20,000 bases of DNA from NCBI GenBank assembly GCA_010015585.1, contig ML975152.1, one strand, 5' to 3'. Positions 9,197 to 19,534 of this stretch are shown here, piece by piece. Below the pieces are notes generated by a model. The model did no database searches, was not told where the DNA came from, and saw nothing but the letters and a program-made list of their open reading frames with translations. Both the position numbers and the translations under genes were made by a program. Position 1 is the stretch's first letter, and each line of letters opens with the position of its first letter. This DNA is from Eremomyces bilateralis CBS 781.70. Lineage: Eukaryota.

Positions 9197-10417
9197 GCGT
9201 ACGAAGTAGACCGTAGCTAAGTGATGGCATCATCTGAACGCTGAAGTTCTGATTTAGGGTTCAGGTGTCGAAGAATGAAGGCCAGCCTGATCCCATACCA
9301 TGACCCCTTTTCGCCTCATCTCCCCCCGCGAAAAGTGGCAGCCACTGACAGGTGACTCTGAGGGGGGCCATACATCATACTACTGGTGCTTCTATAACTT
9401 AATACATGTAATATCGTAAGTTCGTAACTAGTAAAGCAGGTGAGTCCTTTTTTCGTTTAGTTTACTAGCGGTTGGTCACTTCTAGGTTCTCTCATCTTCA
9501 TTGGACAAAGGAAGGAATTAATCCGACACCCTAAATGCTGATCCGGCCTGCAGATGCCGCTGGTCTCTAGCACTGCCCTGCTCGCCATCACTGCGCCGAT
9601 ATTGAGATGTCGCAACACGCTGACTTTGTGACTTTGTGCGCTCATGGGTTTCATGATTCATCTTATCCAGCATCCAAGCCTCGATGCAACTGCATTTGAA
9701 TTTCCCAAGAGACAAAGTCGCTTCCTCCGCCATTCTGCGACAGATCGCGCCAGTCGTCAGATACCCGAGCATTCCTTATTTACCCGCGCGCGCTCTCTCC
9801 CAACACAAAGAACCACAAGAACTCCATAGTTTATCAGGCTTTAAACTGAAGCAGTCCGAAAGAAGACGTTGAAGACCGGTCGCGATCAACCTGCAAGGCT
9901 GAAAGCTCAGGTCCATTGTCGCAACATTGGACCTTAGCTATAGGGATAAGAAAGGACCGATAGAGCGCGTCACTTGCTGCTTGCGACTGCTGGAAACCTA
10001 TGCGCAATAAGGTATTTGCCTTGTTCTAAACAAGTATTTCATCATGCGATCTTTGATTCCTTTGCGACCACACCGCCTCTCATTTTGGACCTCCCCATTG
10101 TCATATGGCGAGTCACCGGAATGAGATTTCTCACTCGTACAGCCCAGTATCTAATATTCCCCAGTGGTGCTAATATATTAGTGACAGATTAGATGCCTCT
10201 GCGCCTCGTTCCACCCCACTGGTCACTAATTGATATCCAGTTGTTGAAATAAAATCGTTGCCTGGAAATCACCTACAAAAGAAGGCAACATCGTCACAGT
10301 CCTAGAGGACCGTCAGTCGCTCATCTACTTGTATCCGACACCAGGTTCCCCATTCTGGAATTCCAACGGGCTAAAGGTGTGTTTGGATGTTGGATCTCAG
10401 GGCTTGTACCAGGCATA

Positions 10418-12693
10418 ATGCAGGCGGAGGTCGACCCGCTCGCTGAAAACGATCTGATGAAGCTGCGTTCATGGGACAAAGTGTGGCCCAGGTAAGATCG
10501 AGCCGTCTTTCAAAAGCTTACCTTGGAATGGAATGCGACTTCCGAATGCGGCGCAGTGACAATTCAGAAGCAAAGATCCTGCAGCGCAGCTAACACTTAA
10601 ACCCAGGCAATCTCCCTCTGCAGCTGTGGAGAAACCGGCACGCTCTGGATTAAGAGATAGCAGTTGCTTTCAAATCAGGCCAAGTAAAAGGCGGCGTGCT
10701 CAGGATCATCGCTCCCAAACCGCGGGTGCGTCAGCAGAACGAAACTATTCAACCGGAATGGAAGATTCTTCGCTAGTTGAGCGCGAACTGTCTAAGGCGC
10801 TGGGAGGCGCAAATGAGCTGAAGAAGTTCTATGACCAGCAAAAGAACCTGCTGATCCAATCGGAGGAAGGCGACTCGTGGGATTCGAATGCGAAAAGAAC
10901 GGCGTCCCAGAAAGAACTCACCGCCAATCGGATCATCATAAGGATCCGCGAAGATGAACGGGACCATCTGTTTGGGAATCGCGCGACGGAAGCGATCCCA
11001 GGACCCGAGACTCTAGATATGGGAGGTCAGTTCCTCACCAATCGGAATCGAATTCATGAGAAAAGCAAGTTGTATCGGATCGCTTTGGAGATGCCGAAAG
11101 GCTGCCATCTCCACCTCCATTTCAACTCGGAACTACCACCGATGCCGCTTCTTGAAAAGGCTAGGTGCATGGACAACATGTTCATTCGAAGCACTCAGCC
11201 AATCTTATCATCTCAAGACCTGGAAGTGACGGAGATCGTGTTCACCGTTCTCCCAGCTGATACAGAGACCGTAGACATATTTAGCCCGGGGTATAATCCT
11301 GCCTTCAGACCTCCGGATGCCACTCGTCCATGGATGCGATGGAAGGATTTCCGCAAGATTTATTCAGAGAGATTTGAAAGCCAAATGCGGCTACCCGTGG
11401 AGGAATACATTCGGCGCAGGATGATCCTCACTGATGAGGAGGTCTATGCAATCAGCCAGACAACTAATGGGTATCTAAACCCATATCCTGATAGGTATAC
11501 CGTTTCTAATCTTCTCGCAGGATTTGGGCCCGATTCAACCAAGGAACCCGTTGTTTCAAGGGGCTTATGAATTATGAGTCCATATATCGTTGGTACATCG
11601 GCGCAGCCATAGACAGTATGATCCGAGACAAAGTCATGTATGCTGAGTTACGACCAATGCTTCTTGACAAGTCGATACCGTCCGACGACGGGATGCGCAA
11701 ACTGGACCATGAAGCGCAAATGAACATAATTCTCGAAGAAGTTCAGATCAAACAAGTGGAGCTCGAGCGTGAGGGAAGGTTAAAAGAATTTCCCTTTGGC
11801 GTCAAGATCATCTATTCCACCCCAAGATCGATACCGAAAGCCATGATGAAAAGGGAAATGCAGGACTGTATCAGCTTGAAGTTGAAGTTCCCAGATCTGA
11901 TATGCGGTACGTATTCTAAGGTTGTGTCTTGCACTCTAGTGCTCACTGATGTCTCGCAGGTTTCGATCTTGTCGGCGCTGAAGATCGTCCCAACAACATT
12001 GGGTTTTACAGCGAGGAGCTCGCCGCATTTAACGAAACCTGCAAGTCCTTAAATATCTCCATCCCATACATGTTCCACGCTGGCGAGACGCTGCTGGATA
12101 GGGGCGGGTCGAAAACACCCCTGAACTCGAACCTTTACGACGCCATCATCTTCAATGCGAAGCGCATCGGCCACGGGTTTAGCTTATTAAAGCATCCTCA
12201 ACTAGTCCAAGAGTTCAAAGAGCGCCAGATCTGCATCGAACTGTGTCCCACTAGCAACGAATTGCTCCACCTCTGTCGGAACATCAAAGAGCATCCATAC
12301 CCTCACATCCTTGCGGCCGGCATTCCCTGCACCGTGAATTCCGACAACCCCTCGCTGTTCAGGTACGTCCAGACTCCCCAAACCAGAGTCAAAAACCCCC
12401 CTCTTCTTTGTTGTGTGTGTCAGACTAGATGGTTGATTCGTAAACTAACTAGGGGTGATGTCCGACACAGCTCCTCCGTAAGTGACGAGTTCTATCAGGT
12501 CATGGTCGGCTCGACGACCATGAATCTGCATGGATGGCGGCAACTGGCGGAATGGAGTATTACCCATTCATGCTTGAGCGACGGCGAGAAGACAAAGGCG
12601 TTCGAGATCTTCTGGGCCGATTGGGAGCGGTATTGTGACTGGGTTATTGAGACGTATCAGGAGCATGCGAGTTCACTACCTGATCCCCAATGA
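10418..12693 (+). CDS. Adenosine deaminase-related protein (ADA2/ADGF/CECR1-like, amidohydrolase fold), ~649 aa; exons 10418..10491, 10607..11470, 11521..11906, 11960..12362, 12471..12693
   Basis: MPKGCHLHLH, YAELR, GFDLVGAED, FHAGET, RIGHG, ELCPTSN, NSDNP motifs. Four GT-AG introns with branch sites give a 1950-nt open frame. The first exon and start are uncertain (alternatives ATG 10457, 10758). Confidence 0.9.
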
Positions 12694-13505
12694 GGGAGTT
12701 TCTGTTTCCGCTCGGATAGCGACGTTTTAGAGGCTTCATCAGGTCCGAGTCCACGATACTTTCATAAATGGATAAAGCACCTATGACGCTGTTGGAATGA
12801 TACCCTTCGAGAAGGATGGACTACTTCCCTTGGCCACGGTGCCTTTGAGAAAATGACCCTTTCACTGGGACTAAAATTGATGATCCGCTTCTCTTGGCAA
12901 TAGTTGACATCCGTCTCCAACTTTAAGGTAAACTTCAGAACCATTGTTTTTTGCTTGAATCGAGGAACTGGCCTGACTGGAATTGGTCACTCGCTCAGTC
13001 ACTGCACTCACACTCCTGCGCCACAAAGAACAGCCACCCGACCTTCACGGCACAGCAGGCCGAGCCACCAGACCCTGCAGACTGCAGTGCACAGTTGCAC
13101 ACAACAGTATACAACATGTGAACTATCCGCCTGAATAGTGAATATGTGCATCAACTATTGGACTGCATCTCTTTTTTTCGGATCACACAGTGCATAGGTG
13201 CTACTCTCTAGATCGTAGATCGAGAATAGATGATATTGGTTATGCTATCCTTCAACCCGGGACCATGATCGCTCTCACAACACGTTGATTCCAATCATCT
13301 CCGCCCTCCGGTGACTTCACCATCTGTATTTCACATCACTGTCCATGATTCTGCCTAGTTCGAACATCCAGTGCCGCCCTCATCGCGATCCCTGATTTTT
13401 TGTCCTTTCATTCCTCCGAGTGTCTCGACTACGATTTCAGTCGATCCCCATCGGGCCGTACCTGGCGATCCTTCAAATTTCCGCCGCGCCCTCGACTTCA
13501 CAATA

Positions 13506-14843
13506 ATGCCCACCTCACAACGATCCGCGTCACCCGCAAGCCCGGGGCACGCGCGCCGACGCTCCTCCGCATCGCATCGCAGGCACCCGTCCTCTTTAGA
13601 CCTATCACGAATCACGCCGCAAAGACGGTCATCGAAATCCTCGTTTCAGTATTCCCCGATCACTCCCCGAAGCGGACATGGCATGCGGGATAGCATGACC
13701 TTCGACACCCTGGATACAACTGGCGATGGCGATAGAGCACGAACGGGTAGTGTGGTAGCGGAGATGGGCGGCGGGATGGAGAGTTTGGCGGATGAGCTGG
13801 GCGAATTTGGAGACGAGGGGTGGAGCGGGGAAGATGAGGATGAACTGGATCTGGACGATCTTACGCAGAGCGGGATACTAGAAGAACCAGTCGAAGCCTC
13901 GATGGGCTCGCAGGACCATGAGATGACAGACGCCTCGAATATGCTTGAAGGAGATGGAAACGACGGAGCGCAAAACGCGGAACCAAAACCACCCGGTGGA
14001 CTCCTCAAGCCTTCCACATCGTCTATAAATCGAAGAGCTGCGGCGTACGATGGCTCCGAATATGGCTCCGCGTCAGAGAGCGATGGGGGCGTGCCCTATC
14101 TGATATCCCGCGATCTTGAGCGGGTGATTCAAGAAGTTTGCACACTGGCCACGGTCGGGCATCCCTTGATGGCAACATCGAACATCGCGGGGTTAAAAGA
14201 TTCTGGTCCAGTCGACGAAGTTATCCCTCGAGTGGTCGCGCAGCTTCAAAACCTTGGTAGCCAGGCCTCGGTCGAGACGGCGGTGGTCCGGCTTCTCACC
14301 ACTCATGCAGCACTTACCTCTCATATCACCCATCAGACTCGGACCGTGGCATCACTCACGTCCAGTATTCTCTCGCCGCTCACCGTATCGATGCTTACCC
14401 CCGAGATATTGGATGAGCTCACGGGGATCATCCCGGAGCTTATCCGCGCTATCCCCAACCCCTTCCCACTTACCGTGCAAGAGAACCCCGACCCCAACGG
14501 CATACCCCCCGTACCTCAATCCCCGCTCATAAGCCTCCACAACCTATCCCGCTCGACCGACTCTCTCCTGGGCGACTTGTCGCATCTCTCCGATCAGCTG
14601 TTCATGTCGCGACAGACGTCACTCACGGCCACCCGACGTCTGGCTGCGGCCCGGCAACTCGTTGCACAGATCCGAGAAGAGGCAGACCTGGGAGAAGAAG
14701 GCGTGCGGTGGATCGAGAGCGGAAAGTGGGACGAGAAGCTTTCTCGGCGTTGGGCAGAGGGCGAAGTGAGAGGGGTGGTCGGAGGCTTCGAGCAAGTCTG
14801 CGAAGGCATGAGGAGTAGGCTGGAGGCGCAGGTTGCGGTATGA
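13506..14843 (+). CDS. Uncharacterised protein, 445 aa, single exon; Ser/Arg-rich N-terminus, acidic tract, helical/coiled-coil C-terminus
   Basis: Long uninterrupted ORF, first ATG at 13506 preceded by a pyrimidine-rich leader. Includes SLADEL, YDGSEYG and a C-terminal WIE.G.WD.KL..R....EV..VVGGFE.VC segment that looks conserved. Function not recognised. Confidence 0.82.
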   Translation: MPTSQRSASPASPGHARRRSSASHRRHPSSLDLSRITPQRRSSKSSFQYSPITPRSGHGMRDSMTFDTLDTTGDGDRARTGSVVAEMGGGMESLADELGEFGDEGWSGEDEDELDLDDLTQSGILEEPVEASMGSQDHEMTDASNMLEGDGNDGAQNAEPKPPGGLLKPSTSSINRRAAAYDGSEYGSASESDGGVPYLISRDLERVIQEVCTLATVGHPLMATSNIAGLKDSGPVDEVIPRVVAQLQNLGSQASVETAVVRLLTTHAALTSHITHQTRTVASLTSSILSPLTVSMLTPEILDELTGIIPELIRAIPNPFPLTVQENPDPNGIPPVPQSPLISLHNLSRSTDSLLGDLSHLSDQLFMSRQTSLTATRRLAAARQLVAQIREEADLGEEGVRWIESGKWDEKLSRRWAEGEVRGVVGGFEQVCEGMRSRLEAQVAV

Positions 14844-15474
14844 CCTTGATACTGGGTGCCTCTCGCGCTTCGGGTAAGAATTGGGTTCCTTTACGACATG
14901 ATACACCGGTATAAGGCGTTCTAAATGATGGCATATGGGGAAGTCTTGGGCTCGGATGGTACTAGGCCCTTGCCAGAGATGCTTATGATAGACTCGAAGG
15001 AAGTTGATACTTAGAATATGATTTATACGATATGTGCATATACAAAGGGAGTTGATTGAATAGGTAGAATCGGCGTAGCTAAGGGCTGCTACGATGTAAG
15101 AACTTGATGGAGTTTTGAGTATTAATTATTCCGGGACAAGACGAACTTGTTCCGTTTGAACTATTGTCCTTTATCACCTTTGGCCAAGCAACAGCTTTGC
15201 ACTGCCTAAGTCTGTCGAAGCCCAAAATACGGCAATTAATCAGAGGTACCGGTATGTATATTGATGGTGTATTATGATTGATGCCTGTAATTAGCTGTAG
15301 GTACGGTTGCTCCACAACATGGAACCGTACAGTACTCTATTATGGAACCGAACCTTCAGTTTCTCTGCTATTCTGGGTACTCCCGTACATAAACCCTCAC
15401 CACTAATCGATTCTCGAAGTGAAGCACAACCCCCCCCACAATCAGTAGCTTCCATCGTGGGCTCTTTGTGCAGC

Positions 15475-17166
15475 ATGATAGGAGAGGAACACATGGAAGA
15501 TGATATGCAGCTCTTGTCGGTCGCCGAAGATGATCTCTCAACAGATCCACAATCCAAATCAATAGACGAACTCACCCGGCAATGTCAAAACTTGATAGAT
15601 GAGCTTAAAGAATTCTCTAAAAAGGCTCAAGAATGCTTGAGTAAACAGCAGAACAAACCAGAGGTCGGACCGTTCAATAAATCTCTGCAATCCGAGCTGA
15701 AGTCGCTTGACAAGGTACGATCTCGGTTTTTCCTCCAGTAGCAGTCATAAAGAGCAGTCAGTCATGGTCAGCATTGGATGTCGCAAGCTCATTTGTTACA
15801 GATCCAACTTGACGAGACCAACAACACATCGTTGCATCATGTCGCATCTTCTAATATCCCCTATTATCTGGAATTGTGGGATGCGGCGAAACGCTCCCAT
15901 GGCATCCTCAACATTCGAAAAGGCCGCCATGTGGACATAGTCGCGGAAAATGGCCTATCCTGGGTCAAAGTCTCAACGTTTAACAACAAGCGATTGCTTT
16001 ACGAGCTCGCTAAAGAGGGATGCGAGCGATATGGGCTGGAAGATGACGACTCGGACGATGAGCCGGTTGTATGGGAAAAGCCTGGCGGAGAAATCACCGA
16101 TCAATCTTACGATGCGCGAGAGGAAACGACCCTGAGCAGCGAATTACCGGGTGTGTCCATCTTGAAGACTGCTACCCAGATTGCGAAAGACGCGCAGGAG
16201 GTCCGAGTGCGCGGAACACACCCACGACTCACCTTCGTCCTCCCACGGATCTACCGAAATGCAGACGCGTCCGTTGATGCGGTGCTATCGAATATTCAAG
16301 GCATTTCGTCTCGCCTCAAGGTGACTGTACTAACAGGAACCGAACTCCGCACGTACAGCCACGTCAGCCGACATCCTCCTCTTGATATCGCCCTGGAGTA
16401 CATGCTCCCAACCCCTCTGATCTCGACTGAGTTGACGGACGCCGTGAACATCGACTGCTCCGTCCTCCTGGCCATGGTATCCGACATCTCCCATTTAGGT
16501 AAGGAAGAGTTCCGCGACACCTCCAGCGTCAACAAGCAGATCCGGCAGCAGATCCAGGTGGAGGAGAAGCAGCAGCTGATGGAGGCGATCCTGTGGCCCT
16601 TGATGGTGGGCGACGACGGTGCGGCGCGAAGGCTGATGTGCACGGCGGAAGCGGCGCAGAAGTTCGTGCAGATCGTTGAGACGATGGGTACGGACGGCGA
16701 GCGGGAACGAGCGGCGATCCTGATGGGCCAACGGCCGGGTGGGAACGGCGTGAAGGATTTTCAGGCACTCTCGCGATTGACCGTCCCCACGAACTGGCGG
16801 TTGCCCGTCGAGATCATGCCCGCCGATCACGGGGCTTCGTTGCTCGATGTGCTGAAGACGAAGCATCCGCGGATCGTCGAGGCGCTCGAGACCCGGCTGA
16901 CGGACATCAATCGATCCGTGTTCATCCACGGATGGGCATCCGGGCTCACCACCTTGACGTCGAACCGGGGATCGGTTCGGATCATCGAGGACGTGCTGGA
17001 GCGGGCGCTGACCAAAGAGTCGCGGTGCAAACCGGACGACCCGGTTCGCGATGCGGAGGATCCGGTGATCGGCAAGCTGACGCAACCGAGGATCCGACTG
17101 CTCACCACCGCGAGGAGTCTGCTAGCGAAAGAAAAGACGAGGAGAGACGCAGAGGTGGTTGAATAA
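15475..17166 (+). CDS. DUF1308 / UPF0415 (C7orf25-like) protein, ~534 aa; exons 15475..15714, 15802..17166
   Basis: SSNIPYY, VDIVAENGLSWVKVST, NIDCSVLLAMVSDISH, IVETMGTDGERERA and TLTSNR match my recollection of DUF1308. Intron 15715..15801 (GTACGA..CAG, phase 0) removes an in-frame TAG. Start could be 15319, 15475 or 15493. Confidence 0.8.
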
Positions 17167-17584
17167 ACTGTATATAAAATTCGGAATGCGAAAGTATAGA
17201 CGGAGGCGGGTCGCATGAGAAGATGCGCACTCCAAATCCGTCGCCCTGACCACGCAGTCATATATTTGGTCAATATGAGAACATTCGACTCAGAACTGCA
17301 ACCAGCACGGCGCCAACATCTCCTCTTCGCGTCCCCGTCTACGATTAGACAACGTTCCTTAGCTTCTTTGCGACTACTGTGGGCTCTCCAACAGCGACTA
17401 GTCCGCGACCCTGCAAACTCGCGACGCCGGCCTTCGCTCCCTTGGCTTAGATCCAGGCAACACCAGATCTCTGCATGCGTGACCTGCCTCATGGCCCAAT
17501 TTCTTCTCCTCTTCATATAAGTAATTTTTTCCATCGTGCAGAACAGTTCACGACCGTCCGGATCAATCTCACATCCCCACCCGC

Positions 17585-18375
17585 TCAGGTCTTCTGCCCC
17601 AAGATCCCCCTCACCCTCTCAATCCTCCCCATCGCCTTCTCCAACCGCTCCAACCGCTTCCGCTTCTCTGCATCGCGGCCCTCCAACAGCTTCACCCGCT
17701 CCTCCAGCTCAGCCCGCGCCTTCCGCTCCTGCGCCACCATCTCGTTCGCCTGCTGGAACAGCGTCACGCTGAGATCCTCCATCTCGGAGGAGATGGTCGT
17801 GAGCTGCGACTCAGCGGAGGCGCGGAGCTGCTTTTCTTTGGCCAGCTGCGCGAGCAGGGCGGGGTCGGGGTCGGCAGGGACGGGGTCGGCGGCAGCGGGA
17901 GGAGACACGGAGGGAGGGACTGATGGTTTGCGAGAGAGGAAGGAGGAGAGGGTCGAGGTGACGGGCGGCGTGGTCGCTTGCGAGCTTTTCAGCAACCGCA
18001 ACTCGTCTTCGTAGTCGGCGAGTTTATCGACTGTTTAAGGGATTTAGCAGGATTCCGATCACTCGTCACCAGAGCTTGACGCCGCGTCGTTTCGCGCATA
18101 CCTGCTGTGGATGCCTTGCTGGTCAAGATCCGCACCTGCGCCTCCAACTCGGCGATCCGTCGCCGCGCATCGACCTGCAGCGGGCTGGAATCAGTCGCAT
18201 CCCCACACGCGGTCCCGCATTTCGGGCAGGTCACGCCGAACGCGGCGGGATTTGGAAGGGGAGGGAACGGGGCCGACGAGTCGATCGGGCGGGGGGCATC
18301 GACGAGTCCGGTGGACATTTGGGAGCGCACGGGAAAACGGCCCCGCGGAGGAGAGTGCTTGATCGTGTTGGACAT
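17585..18375 (-). CDS. Short coiled-coil protein with a Sec2-type Rab GEF domain, 239 aa; exons 18375..18102, 18030..17585
   Basis: Intron 18101..18031 (GTATGC..GCTAAA..CAG) gives ..ASTA|VDKLADYEDELRLLK. C-terminal EMEDLSVTLFQQANEMVAQERKAR resembles the Sec2 GEF core E.E.L.ASLF.EAN.MV. There is an N-terminal CPKCG. Confidence 0.82.
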
Positions 18376-18971
18376 TCAGGGAGGCAGGACGGGAGGGCGG
18401 ATGGATTTGGGGATGGTTTGAGTGGGTCGTGGTGTTCGGAAAGGTGGAGAACATTTCTTGTCATCAACGTGAACATGAATTCGCCAAAGCCCATCAGCCA
18501 TAGAACCAGGCTTAACTTGTTCCAACCTCCAGGTCCCAAACAATGAGGCCGTACCAGTCTCTTCCACGTGTTGGGTACTAACTACACTGCACTGTATTCC
18601 GTATGTATGGAAGTACTGTAACAACTCCGTAGTATTAGGGCTTTCTGAAACGGGCACCCCGGTTTGAACTCTCGAAACCGAATTTGGACTATATATTACG
18701 CTTTTATTTACCGCGCTAATATTTTATAGCGAATGACAAAAGCCCATTGGTTGCGCGATTACTGAAATAATTGGGACTATGTATAGAAAGCGTACACGTC
18801 TGGGCCATGTGTCATGTGATCGGCTGACCAATCCAGGGCGCCATCAGAAAGCCCTGCCACGAAGTTACCTTGATTCGATTATTTAGATGAATCAATTGAA
18901 CTCAGCAGCTGAGCGTCCTTCCGTCCCCTGCCGTCCGTTGAACCACTATGAAGCAGAAAAGTCTCGAAAGT

Positions 18972-19058
18972 GAGCAGGGGGGACTCGATGAGCAGGCCAG
19001 GCCCCCCGAGCAGGAGATGCTTTAATTGAGCAGGAGAGGCTTGAGCGGGAGGAGCAGG
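18972..19058 (+). repeat. Degenerate purine-rich repeat, six GAGC(A/G)GG units
   Basis: Units start at 18972, 18990, 19008, 19028, 19043 and 19052. Confidence 0.55.
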
Positions 19059-19534
19059 AGTAGCGCTGTAGCGGGACGAAGCGAGAGGGGACTAAGGAAA
19101 CAGAACGGTGGAGAAGGTAGAAGATAGTCGAGTCTGCAACGGGTCTTCGAGTATCTGTTCGCTCTTTATTGAGGATAATCTGAGTCGTACGCTTCCCTGG
19201 CCTACTTCCCTCATGTTTTTGGTGTTTGTTGTTATACCTATTCGTAACCATGGTCCTTTGTCCTGTTTACATCCTATATGGATCCTGTGGGGGAGAGCCC
19301 GTCTTGTCCAGATAAATCTCACCTATTATTACTGTGTATCCCGTACCCCGATCCGGCTCTCGTAATTAGTGGACGTGCGGTGTGCCCAAGCGTACCATAA
19401 CAGCTGCGCCAGGGACGAGAGTAGCCTTGCGGCCCTTGCGGGCGTGTAGCATTAATTAGACCACCCATTGCACGAACCACTACTTTAATCTGACAGCATT
19501 GCCCTAGCGGACGACAACAACAAACAACGACATA

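Noticed and set aside
12478..12483. Perfect GTAAGT donor 7 nt into the last deaminase exon
   Set aside because: No suitable branch site or acceptor downstream, and the sequence encodes the expected S.EFYQV segment.
16495..18014. ORFs 16495..17085 (-), 16827..17534 (-), 17215..17520 (+), 17475..18014 (+)
   Set aside because: Antisense or UTR-spanning ORFs in GC-rich sequence between two convergent real genes; no protein-like features.
1447..18101. 7 of 13 predicted introns have lengths divisible by 3
   Set aside because: Small sample and within plausible chance; five of the seven contain in-frame stops.
19223..19526. 11-bp inverted repeat TGTTTGTTGTT / AACAACAAACA as possible MITE ends
   Set aside because: Low-complexity sequence that does not extend and has no target-site duplication.
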